Part shown: one piece after another, positions 33,838-47,444 of the stretch
Layout: every line of letters starts with the position of its first letter
How positions within the stretch are numbered: position 1 is the stretch's first letter
Origin: Centroscyllium fabricii
Taxonomy: Eukaryota
Direction of reading: 5' to 3'
Length of the DNA: 64,000 nt
Assembly: GCA_051313645.2 (NCBI GenBank)
Contig: JBNRSN020000031.1
Location: forward strand, 21,452,001-21,516,000
Notes under the pieces: model-generated
Database searches by the model: none
Told to the model about the DNA's origin: nothing
What the model saw: only the letters and a program-made list of their open reading frames with translations
Translations under genes and position numbers: made by a program

Positions 33838-34939
33838 ATAGTGTTGACATGTGGATTTAAGCAAGCAATTTACCCTCAGTTTCGGTTTAGCCCGGCCCAC
33901 TGTAGGCTTTGTGGAAATTTAGTTTGTCTATAAAGGAAAATTGGCTATGTTTTTAGCTTGTTCGGTCAATTCTAATACAGGATGCTTCCAAATACAACAT
34001 GTGACTGTGCCCTGTGAATCAAACTATGCTTCACAATGCCATACAAACATTTTTTTAATGCCCTTTTGGTGGGCTTATTGGATGTCTTGCTTTGGGTTTA
34101 GCTTCAGTTATGGCCCAATGTGTTGTGCTTTTGGCTTATACAACCTTAATTCATGTGTTTTTAAGTATAAATAAGTGTTATTTTGAGGAATGGCAGGTGA
34201 ATGAAGTTACAGAAGAATGTAGTAGACCTTTCTGCTAAGCACATATATGAATAGACCAGAAGAAAAGGCATCATTGTATTCCATAGCTGTTGTAATTGGA
34301 AATGTTCAGGCAATATGTAGGAGTTTTTTTGTTGGAATGTGTTCAGCAAGGGTGGTTGGGCTTCAGATTACTTACCCAGTAAGTTATCGTATAGCTTAAA
34401 AAGTGAATTGTAATTTAACTTTACAGGGATTGGAGATAGTGTTGAGGCAGCAGCAAACCAGATATCCGGATGCAGTACACAAGCTGCATGTTGTTTATTT
34501 CTTGCTGCACAAGTATATATCAGAAAGTGTGCTTAATGTTAGAAGCGTTTAGTGCAAGATCGTGGATCAGAATTTGGCATTTGTTACTTGAGACAGTTGG
34601 ATGGCTGACCGTTGACTTTGAATTAAAGTCAATTAAATAACACCTGTGAGAAAGGGACACAGTCACCAAACCTGAAGTATTTTTGATGGATTTAGGTCTT
34701 CAAGCAGTGAATTTCCTCATTGGCTTGCAGAAGATGAACCACTATGTAGCACCTACAAGAATATTCAAGGAATTGTCAGGCTGAAATAAGTTGTCGTAAA
34801 AGTAACCCAAGCCAAAGTGCCTGCATCAGTAGTCATTGGAATATTGTCAAATATCAGAATATTATTAGCTAACACACAGCACTGCAGTAGTGTAAAGAAG
34901 AGAAATAGTTCTGAATGTCATTAGGTTCATATTCTAATA

Positions 34940-35543
34940 CAGGTTGTGCACCGAAAATCCGTGACCCGAAACGCCGGCAGCTTCAGTCTGCCGGCACAAA
35001 TTGCCCCGACTGCACTACGCATGCGCAAGATAGCAGCCGCCATCGTGGCTTCGGCGAATGATCTGCGCATGCGCCGCTGAACGGCGAGCGCATGCGCAGA
35101 TCATTCAATACGGCCACCGGTTATTTTCTCGACAGCTGAGCCCCTTGACTGAGGCGGAGAGTCACCACGCAGCAGCTGTCAGCCCGAGTCCAGCAGCAAC
35201 CCCAAAGGCGATGGAGAGGGAAGGCGGACCTACTGGGCCCGACCCGCGCCCGCACAACCCTCCTTTCCCCCCCCCCCTGCAAGACCGGCCTTTCACTGCT
35301 GCCCGACAGCCCTAAAAGCCAAACGGAACGCCACAAAAGCCTGAGCCCCTCAAAAAACTTCGCGACGGCCGTTATTGGATGATCTGCGCATGCGCTCGCC
35401 AGCCATTCCCAATGTTGTGCGCATGCGCGCGGCCATTTTGAATGGTGCGCACATGCGCATTGTCCAACTTCATTCTCCCGGTTTTTTCACTTTCCCGGCA
35501 TGGGCCTGGTCCCGCCCGTGCCGGATTAATGGAGCACAACCTG
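34940..35543. mobile_element. MITE, CAGG...CCTG family
   Basis: TA flanks; TIR CAGGTTGTGC...AATCCG; internal GCGCATGCGC modules. Confidence 0.9.
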
Positions 35544-37526
35544 TACAAATAAGATGCAACAAGAGTCTTGGTGTGAGACTACTTTATGACATAAGTATGT
35601 TCTCCTCAATTGAGTCCACATGTTTATCACTGGAGAGGGGAACTGCACAAGTCGCTCTGATACCAGTTTGCGTAAATGTTCTTTCTAAAAGTGTTTTTTT
35701 TCCTACTGGTCTTCCACATTGGTAGACCGATGTTTCACTAATGTCACATGACAGTCGCTGGATGTGGAATGCGGAATAGAGACTGGAGTAAGGATGTTAG
35801 AGAGGGAAGAAGTGGGCAGCAGGAGGCAGATGCATAAATATTGATAGTTGAAGGTGTATTAAGCAGAAAAGAATTAGGGCACTGGGGAGGAGGAAGAGCG
35901 AGAGAGAAATTAGTTTGTGGAGGCAATAAGAGTGAGCTTGACGGGCAACAATGAATTGATTACATATTTTGTAACTGGCGATTAGTACCCTTGGTTGTTG
36001 CAGTCTGCAGCGGTGTGGTTGGCAACCTGGTGAGCTTGCACTGTATTTGTAATGTAAAAGTAGGTTGTGGGGTGGAAGCAATGACACTAAAATAAAGACC
36101 GCAGTCCTTGTGTAAGTAATCATTTAAATGGTCATTTATTTCTAGATTGATTTTAACAATTTAGTTTTTTCAATGCATTTGCTTTGAACTTCAAATATTA
36201 ATTAAGTCTGATGCTTAGTTAATAATGGATTGTTTGAGCTCCTTTACGGACTCGAGATGTTTACTCACAAAGTTCGAGAGAAAAAAGTCTGAGACGGGCT
36301 GGCAGCATCGTAAAATAATCAGTGCCATCGGGACATTAAAGGCCCCCATTTTCTGAAAGTTTATTTTTTCCTCTGCAAATAACCTTTTATGGAGAATAAT
36401 CAGTTTATGACTTAAATTGTAGGCTGCTTCATCTTTTATTTTTATTTTTGTATCCCTGTTGAATCCAGGTGATAAATAGATCAATAATTCACAAAGAAAT
36501 TGTATCTTGGGCCATGCTGTATAGGCGAGTGAATGGGAATGGTACAGTGGAATTCTACCCTCTTGTCAAGTATTTCAGATAAACAGTTTTCCAGACTCTA
36601 GCACATTAATTTAGAACAAGTTGGCAATATGTTTCATCTCTCAGAATGAGAATGACCGATATATAAATAACCCTTTCAGTGGAACTTTGTATATTCCTGG
36701 ATTCCCTTTTTTCTTGTACATATGTAAGAAAAATAAACACATCGTGAAAACCTGATCTGCAGGCTTATCGTTTTCTTTTGAACTGTGGTGATTTATTAAT
36801 TTACGCAGTTGCATGTTAACCAGGTCAGCATCTTGTAACCATAAAGCATTCCAGTAATTTATGAACCATAAGTAAAACCAATATATTGACGAAGCAGGTT
36901 ATAAGGGTATAAACTAATCAGGTGATTCAGATGATCTCCTAAACCTTCAGGGAAAACCTGTTTATAAAAATTGTCCAAATAAATTACCCAGGATTAGATG
37001 ATGGTGTGTAACTACTGTATAGAACATTTTTATTTTTAATTGAGATGGGGATGGTAAGATTGGAGTGGCCATGTTTTCATTTGCTCTTTGGCATTTTTTC
37101 CAATGTACTTTAATGTGGTGCAAATTCACAGTAGATCACAGAGAAATTGAGTATAAAGTGTAGTGTTATATTAAGAGTGTCACCGGTGTTGCTGCCGGAT
37201 TTATAAAATATTCAACAAAGGATTTAGCTTGGATGTAAAGTCCTCAATGGACTGTGAAGTTTCGATATAAAAGTTAAATGTTTTTGTGTGTTCTTTGCTG
37301 AATCATTTATCGTATGGATTTTTATCTTAATTTTAGTTCTTTTGGTTGTAATTTACTATTAAGCTGGGAGTTGGACAGCGGGGGCAGGCATCCTACACAT
37401 TGATGAGGTGGTTGTAGTGGGATGGGGGTAGTTGGATTGCTCAAACCATGGAATAGTCTGAAGTCTACTCTAGTGAACGTCTCAATGAGAAGGGACATTC
37501 TGTAGATATATGTAGTCATTTTAATA

Positions 37527-38026
37527 GGGCGGCACGGTGGCACAGTGGTTAGCACTGTTGCCTCACAGCTCTGGAGACCCGGGTTCAAATCCAGCCTCGG
37601 GCACTCTCTGTGTGGAGTTTGCACATTCTCCCCGTGTCTGCGTGGGTTTCCTCCGGGTGCTCCGGTTTCCTCCCACAGTTCAAAGATGTGCGGTTAGGTT
37701 GATTGGCCAGGATAAATTGACCCTTAGTGTTAGGGTGATGCAAATGTGTGTGGTTATGGGAATAGGGTGGGATATGTGTCAGTGCAGGCTCGATAGGGAT
37801 CGAGGGATATGGGGTCAAGGCAGGGACGGGGTACTGGGTTTGGATGATCAGCCATGATCTCATTGAATGGCGGAGCAGGCTCGATAGGGATCGAGGGATA
37901 TGGGGACAAGGCAGGGACAGGGTGCTGGGTTTGGATGATCAGCCATGATCTCATTGAATGGCGGAGCAGGCTCGAAGGGCCGAATGGCCTACTCCTGCTC
38001 CTATCTTCTATGTTTTCTATGTTTCT
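37527..38026 (+). mobile_element. HE1-like V-SINE with tandemly duplicated tail
   Basis: Tail segment GCAGGCTCGATAGGG...GAATGGCGGA is repeated. Confidence 0.9.
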
Positions 38027-38953
38027 TCATGTACAAGTGACCAGAATGTCTAATCAGCAGTATAGTACATTGAATACATTGTAGTTGAATAGAAAACTTA
38101 CTAAGTTCAGTGGCTTTAGATGCTAAAACAGACTTCAAACTTGAAGAAAATATGCATGTTTCCACCAGTTGAAGAGTCTGTAAATAATCATCTTTCCTGG
38201 ACTCCTATACTTAACCAGGTCTTTTCTGTAGTTCCAAGCTATTGTAAAGTTAATATCCTGATCTGCAATTACAGAAAAAACTTCATTCTCTGATGCACAT
38301 CCTGATTTAATAGAGGAGAGGTTGCTCTAGATTGGCAAGGCAACACAAAACTGGCAATAGCTGCAGTACAGAGAGGGCATATAAGGATATTGGAGTGCAC
38401 ATTTCAAAAGTGGAGAATGTGTGATTTCTTTGTGTGTTAATTGCCCAACATGCTGATTATTATTTTTGGCTATTTCTAATGTCGTTTTAAAGCTTATTTG
38501 TGATGATATAAGCATCAATATGTTGGGACTTTGGGGAAATGAAAGCTGGACTTTAGCTGATTAGCATTAGAATATTGAAGAGCCTTGATTGGTATTAAAT
38601 GAGATGGCCTCTTTTTAAGGAAAAACAACGTTAAGCCTGCTTGTTCATTCCTGGTTACGAGTTTATTAAAGTCAGCTGTAGCTTATTCCCTTGGAATAAA
38701 TGGAACCATTCTTCATGGAATGCGCGACGCAAACTTTAATTGAATCCTCAGTTTTATTTTACGGGTGACGTGATTGCATTCTCTAAAGAAGAGTTTGGTA
38801 ACACCAGTAACCCCGGAGCCAGAAGGTTTGTTTCTTACATAGTCTCTTCCAGTGTTACTAAAGATGCCAAGCCTAATTTCACAGCCGCCTGTATAATTCT
38901 GTAGAAAATGATCACTGCAGGTGTGAATATCAGCTCTGCAAAATTCTGATGTG

Positions 38954-39569
38954 CAGGTTGAAGTTCGTTAATCCGGCAGGGTCGGGACCAGGCCCGTGCC
39001 GGAATACTGAAAATCCCAAACGAATGAAGCTGTCCCGAGCGCATGCGTGGACCATTCAAAATGGCCACGCGCATGCGCAGAACATTCGAAATGGCTGCAG
39101 CACGCGCAGACCAGTGCAGGTGGCCGCAGCGCGCAGGTGGAGGCAGAGCACCGAGCACGGGGCGATTTCCAGGTGGAGCAGTCCAACTGCCCGCAGCGCG
39201 CGAAAATAGCACTACAGCACAGTCCGACCGTCGGGGCACACAACGAAAGTTCGGGTGCGGCTGAAGCCACGCCTCCGAGACACGCCCCGGAAGTTCGGGT
39301 GCGGCTGAAGCCACGCCGTCGGGACCAGTGCGCATTCGGGAAAGGCCCCGGGAGGGAGCCCGGTCCAACACTTCACGGGGCCCGAGCTTCATGTCGGGTA
39401 CGGGGTTTTTTGTAAAGCATCGAAGAGCGCCGCTGCGCATGCGCAGGCCAGTCGGGGATTGCGGACGGTGAGGAGCACCACTGCGCATGCGCCGACCACT
39501 CGGGGAAATCTGTGCCGGACGTCTGAAGCTGCCGGTTTTTCGGGTGCCGGATTAACGAACTTTAACCTG
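38954..39569. mobile_element. MITE, CAGG...CCTG family
   Basis: 25-bp TIR CAGGTT(G/A)AAGTTCGTTAATCCGGCA; flanks TG/TA. Confidence 0.88.
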
Positions 39570-42500
39570 TATTACAAAAAATTAGGCTGAGATATCCTTG
39601 CTTGTTCATACACAAATCAAATCAAAGCAATAACTTCCAATTCAGGTCAGGCTTGCCGTACACTGATTTTGCTGCTGTCAATGTAGCTGATTGGAACACC
39701 CAAAGACATGCAGGTTCGGTGAATTGGAGATACTAAAAAAAATTCCCATGACTATGCGTGTGAGATATAGTTCTTAGAGTTGGGGGTGTCGGGGGATATG
39801 GGGAGAGGATAGGAGGGGGGAGCTGGGTTTGGATGATCATCCATGATCTCATCAAAATGGCAGAGCAGGCTCGAAGGGCCGAATGGCCTACTCCTGCTCC
39901 TATCTAATGTATTTAAATATCAAGTGTTATGAAATATGTGTGTGTCTGCATGGTAAGAACTCGCCCTGTACAATCCCTGTTCAGTCTGCATTGGATGGCA
40001 TTGAATGATGCTGATTTTTCCAGTCAGCTGTGGAAGTGCTAAGTTGACTTATACCACACACCTTCCAACAAAAACGTACTGATTTGTGAAGATTTGACAA
40101 CTGCGATTTTGCAGGATATGCTTAAAAAACCCACTATGATTCTTAAAATATTATTCTGTGGTTCTTTAAAGGAATTTAAAATTATGATCTGTCCAATATA
40201 CAATCTATATCTGCCTGTAATTGAGATGGTTATCTAAACCATATATGTGATATTTGTTAATCTATGGCTGCCCCTTAGTAAGTTGTATTTTAAAAGTTGG
40301 CAGTGAAGCAAAATTTATCCCCACTCCTTACTACAGACACTTTAAGATTTCCAAAGTAGACAAAAATAAATTTCATTTATAAACCTTACACCGTTTAGCG
40401 CTCTATGCATTCTGAAATTGCCCTCTGAAATTGTCGTAGTGAAACAGTACCTGAAGCACGTACAGTTTTTTTTTTGTAGCTGTAATTAGATTTATTTCCC
40501 TGGGCCCATGATTTCACACAATCATTGTCCACCATTACAGATGGTCTCTCCTCCTATACAGTTAGCCACTGTTCACAAAGTATGAAAAATACCTTTTTGT
40601 GTGTTTATATAAAATGATGAACACAACATGAATAGCAAGTGTTTGTGTTTGGGCTTGTAGACTGGTTTCTAACAGACTGTGGACCAGGCCTGTAATTCAC
40701 CCCAACTGTCCATTATTCAATATATATTTATCACAATATGCCTCCTATAAATTACATCACTGTAGAATTGTAGATTCACATCAAAACAAGCCAATTATTT
40801 TTTGTAGGATTTTCTAACTCTTTCTGCTTACGGTGCTCTCATTTTCTGCCCCAAATGAAATTTGACTAATGAAGCACATTTCTCCTGACGAGATTCCAAA
40901 TGAAAAGTATCTTGGATGTATTTTAAGCGTGGAATGCCTTGGTTAAATTACAGTCGTGAATGGGGGTCCTGTCGCTTACGTGGGTGGTGGGTTTTCATTC
41001 CTGTTCATTCATACAAAAGGTAACAAACTGCTGCTGTATATATGCTTTCTAACTAAGCACTTTACTATAGCATTCGTACTGTGCACCTGCACTATGTTGA
41101 ATACCCAACAGTTGAAACTACAGTTGTTACTGGTGAGTGCTCCTAAGTGCTATGTGCAATGTGGTTTTATGTTTCAGTTTTATGGCTTTGTAGCTGACAC
41201 ATTGGCTGTACCAGATATAAATAAGCAATGATTTGTTTTTGCTTGGAATGGAGGTGATAGACACAGAATCCTTGTCTTGACCTACTTAGGCAGCTGTTCA
41301 AGATGTTTAAACAAAACTTGTATTTTGTACTTGAACACTTTATATACAAACTTTGTGCAGAATTATTATGTAGAGAAGTTTTCTTTTGGCACTGGATTTA
41401 GGTACAAGCATATTTTAAATATACTGCAATTTTTAACGGTAATTTATATTGTGGTGCGCTACCATTTTTAAATGGTTTTGTTTAGGGTGGGCCGTGGCAA
41501 TATTATGTCTTTAGTATAATTGAAGCAATCATAAGTTGAACTGTTACTACAGGGCATCACATTTTGGGTCAGATACCCTGAGCAGGAGGACTTGTCATAA
41601 CTTTAATTTTCTTCTACATTCAGAATTAAATGGGGCTAGGCATTGAAATTGTAGATTATTTTGAAAAACTGCAGTCTACGTAGGTCAAGGAAGAACCTCT
41701 AATTTTCTTTGATACAGTTTGTTTTCCTTTCCCACTAAACCTGAACGAATGGCAAAGTTTTGCCAAGTGGCATCATATTTAGCTTGCTTTCTGTTGGCCA
41801 AGTAGCCAATGCACTTGTTAATCCTGTGTTGAGGCCTTAACTTTGGTTGAAGCCTTTTAATAATTAAAAGTAGTAAGATCACTTCAAGTTGGCACTTTTT
41901 TTCCCCAAGAGGGCTTAAAATACTTGTGAAAATGCTTGGTGTCCATCTGAATGATGAGTTTTTGAGATGTGGATGTAAGCATATGTCGCTGTTTGGGTAG
42001 ATTTTTGAAGCTTTTACACAAAGCCAATTTTGCCCCATGTACGTCATTTTTGTTGCACTGAATATCAGAATTCTGAGTGTGGCACGCATAACCTAAATGA
42101 GTTTCTTTTGTAGGCAAAAAAAGTTATTGGTAACAGATGGTCATATTTTTTTTAAGCTGTGAACATGAGATGTTGTGCAGTTGATCTAGTCAGTTGCAGT
42201 CGATTTTAATTGTATCTCATCAGCAGCATTGTCAGAGGGGCAAGATTGGCCCAGGTAGATGTAAACTGGTTTAGACTAAACTATTAATTATTTTTTATCA
42301 TTTTGCACATTTAACACTTATTTGTTCCCTATTTCAGTGCGGAGATTTCCAAATTATACTTCACCTTCTATTAATGGCACAAGCTTATAAAATTAAAAGA
42401 TTTTGTAGGATTGAAAAATTACCATCACGGTCAATTTAAAAGAAACTGTATGCTAAAACGGTACAAGCCATTTTAACCCAAGCAAGTAATATATGATTTG

Positions 42501-44044
42501 ACTAGATTATACTCTGGAACAGAGAACTTCAAACAGATTTAAAGCTCCGTCTATCACATGGTGTTTTTGTCAGCTGTTTCCTGGATTAGTGCAGACTTTA
42601 ATCATTGCTTGTAGAATCTGCTGTAACAATATTCAAGAACTCTTTAAATGTTATGGAATACTGAAGTAATGTTTTTGCTAAGCCACTAAGTTTTATGTTG
42701 CAATCCTATTTTTTGGGTGTAGAATATTTCAATATTACTTTAATTCATTGTCATATCATTCTTGGCTCATTGGTTTTCTGAAACTGTCATTTGTGATAAA
42801 TTTGGGGTCAAAACCATTGCATTTTCCTACTGAACATTTTGTTGACATAACATGAAATATAATCACTGTTAAAATCCTGTAGGTTAAATATCAGCTGAGA
42901 ACCCCAAATGTGTCTTATTTTGTAGGTTAGTATAATCTGTTTGATGTCCTCCCAGTTTTTTTTTGGTTTCCAGATAATAAATTCAGGATCTCGTCTAAGT
43001 ATCATCTCTTGTGCAATCTACCTCAAAACATTTGTAATTGTTGTAATTATGGTAGCTAGGCTAGGTTGCTACTTGTTTCTTTGCCATTTTTTTTACTTCA
43101 AAGGCTTGTGGGTTTGTGTGCGTGTGTGTGTAATTTTGAAATAGAATCTAGTAAATATCCGTATTTTATTGACTACAATATGATCAGTGGAGTCTTGAGA
43201 TGTTTACCCCTCTGGGTCTCCCAAAATAAATTTGATGGGCACCCAAGTATTTTAAACCCTATTATTATGGTGTATGTTTACCCAATATAACATAGATATG
43301 CAGTTTATGTTGCTTTCTGCAGCGGGTTTGTAATTTGATTCGTATTTCACAGCATGCCTGCTTGTTATATGGATGTTCCTTAAAGCTGCAGTATCCCTTT
43401 GTCAGCAAATGTTGGCTGTGTGTCTCAAATGTTTAAGATCAACAAAACAGTAATCACTTTAGGCAAGCTGATTTAGAAATGGGACCTTCAGTAAATGGGT
43501 TAGTTCAGCAATTTAGACGAATGAAACTGTGGCGCAGTCAAATAAGTCTGTGAAGATTCAGAAAAGGGATACTGAAGCTGCAAAAATTCTGTCTGGTTCA
43601 TCCATCTGTTTTTAACCCTTAACGAAGTTGTGTTTTGGGAAAGGGTTAGATTAAAGGACCTTCCAGGTAACCTGTACTTAAACGGCTATTCATTCTAAGA
43701 TCAATGTTATTTTCTAATTATTCTGTAATGTTACTGCATTTGGAAAGAGGGCTGTTAAGTCACATGATGCATATTTAAGCTGTAGAATCTGCTCCGTTAT
43801 GCTGATGAAATAACACCCAGATTCCACCGCCTATTTTGTAACATTCTGTATCCAGTTTGAGTTGCATGAAGCAACTGAGCCTTTGCAAAGAAGGAAATCA
43901 AGTCAAAAGCATGTTTTTGTTGAAGTCTTGCTATCACTTTAACCCTTAAAATGAATCTCTCTTTCTGGTGTCTATAACTGAGCTTATTACTTTTTTCTTC
44001 TTTTTCCTTTCCCTTTTTTCCACTCTTTTCTGCTGACTGCCTAG

Positions 44045-44206
44045 AAATTAATAGAAAGCCTATATGGACATTTGCGTACCAGTGAAAAGTCAACAGTATT
44101 CCAGACAACCTACTTCCCATATGCAACACCTGAGAAGACCATCCGTGAAGGACAGACACGGACTCCAAATAAATCTGCTTTGCTTTGCTCTATTTCACAC
44201 CCTCAG
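44045..44206 (+). CDS. Candidate 162-nt cassette exon of 4.1R; an alternative acceptor at 44055 opens a second frame ending at 44306
   Basis: Pyrimidine tract of about 40 nt, ctgac branch-like motif, cctag acceptor, CAG|gtgcta donor; phase 0/0 and open. Confidence 0.45.
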
Positions 44207-44519
44207 GTGCTATATATGTTTTATTCTCGCATTACTTTTTATTCTTCCAGTATTCAAGAGTGTACTTTCTCTTCAAGGCCTCTTGGTTTCACACATTCTT
44301 CAGTAGCCGGTGGTGTAGAACTACTTGACCGAGATTTCTTCATTTTCAGTACCATTTCATTTTTGAAGTGCGTAGCTCCTGTGACTGAGGTACTTAAGTA
44401 TCTGGGCTCCTCTTCTCTCCACCCCACCCACTTGCAAAAAAGTGAGAGGGTGTGCAAGACTCCTCCCCCCCCCCCCCCCCCCCCCCCCCAAAAAAAAACC
44501 AGAAAGTGAAATGATATGC

Positions 44520-44870
44520 AAGATCTCCTAATGATATGCAGAACCAGGGGCCACAGTCTAAGGATAAGGGGTAAACCATTTAGGACAGATATGAGGAAGA
44601 ATTTCTTCACCCAGAGAGTGGTGAGCCTGTGGAATTCCTTGCCACAGAGGGCAGTGGAGGCCAGTTCATTAAATATATTTAAAAGGGAATTGGATATATT
44701 TCTTCAGGCTAAAGGGATTAAGGGTTACGGAGAGAAGGCGGGGACGGGGTACTGAACTTGAAAGATCAGCCATGATATCAGCCATGATATCAGCCATGAT
44801 CTCATTGAATGGCGGAGCAGGCTCGAAGGGCCGAATGGCCTACTCCTGCTCCTATCTTCTATGTTTCTAC
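44520..44870 (+). mobile_element. CR1/HER1 3' fragment
   Basis: RTRGHSLRIRGKPFRTDMRKNFFTQRVVSLWNSLP plus tail. Confidence 0.9.
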
Positions 44871-45836
44871 CTAGAGACCCTGATTAAAAATGGGTGAAAT
44901 TCATCAAATTCAAGTATCCATTAACCAATGGATTTTTAGTTTGTAACATTAATGTGTATAGCTTTTATTATGCTGTCTTATTGAGGTTAGGATCAGATCA
45001 GCCATGATCTTGTTGAATGGCAGAGCAGGCTCGAGGGGCCGATTGGCCTACTCCTGCTCCTATTTCTTATGTTCTTAAGTTTTTACTAGTAACGTAGATG
45101 TGGGCAAGCTTACTTCCAGCAGGGTCAGTCTCTTCTTTGGCTACATGTCCTGTTATATGTTGTCTTCCATATTGAGTCTCGTATTACCCCTGAGCAGAAA
45201 TGACTCCCAAATTTTCAGAAATGTAACTTCTTCTGCAGTGGAGTTTTCAATGCACAACTGTTACCTCCTATAGGGAGCCTTAAAATAGAGAAATTCGAAT
45301 CTATGTTAATTCCTTGTTAGATATTTCCTGAGAAGTCTTGTACCTACTGCTTTCAAATTGCCTCTGCTCCAATATGGTTTGGTATAGATTGAATCATCTT
45401 GTTTAATGCTGATGGATTCCATTCTTTGGCACAACTTGAGAAGAGGAAATGGGGGCAGAGGAGAAGGACTGCAAACTCCATGATATGAAGAAATTGTGTT
45501 TGAGTTCATTCAATGCTGGTAGATGTTGGCATGGGCTTGCAAGTTCTTTTCATTAGGAAGACACAGTGTTACTATTGCAGGAGGTACATTTTTCCATTTA
45601 ATAGTTTATCTGTAAAGTGATTTTTTTGGTCTGATTTTAATGTTGGTTCAAGTTATTTACAAAAGCGATATCAGAATTGGAATCTCCCATTAGATAACAC
45701 ACTGAGCACAGCAAAATATGGTATAATAAAACAAGTTTTTTATCAGGGTTATCTAAAATGCTGATAAAGGTGTACAGAATATTTCTCTTATTTCCCTTTG
45801 AAAGTTCCAGATGAAGTTGTTGCATTTCACTTTACT

Positions 45837-46236
45837 GGGCGGCACGGTGGCATAGTGGTTAGCACTGTTGCCTCACAGCTCTGGAGACCCGGGTTCAAAT
45901 CCAGCCTCGGGTACTATCTGTGTGGAGTTTGCACATTCTCCCCGTGTCTGCGTGGGTTTCCTCCGGGTGCTCCGGTTTCCTCCCACAGTCCAAAGATGTG
46001 CGGGTTAGGTTGATTGGCCAGGATAAATTGACCCTTAGTGTTAGGGGGATTGAATATGTGGGGTTACGGGGATAGGGTGGGATATGTGTCGGTGCAGGCT
46101 CGATAGGGATCGAGGGATATGGGGACAAGGCAGGGACAGGGTACTGGGTTTGGATGATCAGCCATGATCTCATTGAATGGCGGAGCAGGCTCGAAGGGCC
46201 GAATGGCCTACTCCTGCTCCTATCTTCTATGTTTCT
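45837..46236 (+). mobile_element. HE1-like V-SINE
   Basis: Full-length copy. Confidence 0.9.
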
Positions 46237-46471
46237 AAAAGCTTAAATTCCATGAGTTTCTTTTGCATTGCTTCAACATAAGAGGGTTGAGTCATTATTG
46301 TAGCTAGAGTCCAAATTGAAATCAATCCTCTATTCAGCACAATGAGTCTTATCAATAAAGCACAAAACACAAGAAAAATAGGAAGTTTCTGTGTTTCTTG
46401 ACACCTTGACTCAGCGACAGTTGTTTTTGGCATTTTTGTTCAGGCCTTAACTTCTGCCCATTTTCTTGTAG

Positions 46472-46876
46472 AATGTGGATGACAGTCTGAAATCAGAACT
46501 GGAAGAGCAGTCAGAGGGTGTAAAAGTTGATCACAAGGCAGAAATAGAGGGACTGAAGCTGGAAAATGGCTTCAACACCAGCCAAGTGGCCGACCCATTG
46601 GCGTCTCCACAGAGACGGGATTTTATTCCTTCCTCTGTGAGTAGCAGTGAGGAGGAGGAAGAATTGTACCTCCTTCAGAGCAAGCACAACAGGTCAGAAA
46701 TAGGTCTGGATATGCAGGCTGAGGCTTCAGAGGAGATGACAGCAAAGGCCCTGTCGAGCTCTGCTGCTCCTCAACTAAACTACCATCTGAAGGAAGGGGA
46801 GCAGAGAGAACAACCTTTAAAGATAAATGACGATGTGTCTCATTACCATGAACCTCCTCAGCTAATCTGCTTTCAG
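46472..46876 (+). CDS. EPB41: Protein 4.1R large cassette exon (17B-like, U3 region)
   Basis: ttgtag acceptor, CAG|gtaatg donor; 405 nt open in phase 0/0; acidic, low-complexity peptide ending in FQ like mammalian 17B; directly before exon 18. Confidence 0.8.
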
Positions 46877-47444
46877 GTAATGTTGAATCTTGGAGACCAC
46901 AAGGTCCTTTCAACTCCCATTATATTGATCAATTTTCCACCATAAAAACCAAGACACTGCAGCGTGTTGTTTTAACATTAACTCCCGAGAAAATCTGAAA
47001 TATATATTTAGATATGTTCAAAATACGATTTATATACTGCATCTGTTTTATGGAAAACAAAGGACTGTTTGGTGTTTGCTTGCTTCAGTGTCGATGGTTT
47101 CTAGACACTGGGAAATTTTCATGAAGTACTTTTCAAATGTCTAACAATTACATTTTGGAAACCACAACAAATGTTGTCTTTGCCTAATCCATTTTGTATT
47201 TCAACTCTGACCTGCTTCTCTTATGCTAATGTTGCCTTTTGCATGGTGATCAATTAACAATGGGTATAAAAGGTGGTGGTAGAAATGCTTAACACTTCAT
47301 TTCATCTATGTATAAGAAAAAAAGACATCAAAGAATGATCCTTCTCTCTTGACTCGGTGAGCAGCATTTTCTGACACAACTTGTTTATGGGTCATGAATT
47401 TTAAGTGTATTCTTCAATTCCTTCTGTTAAACTATACTATCATT

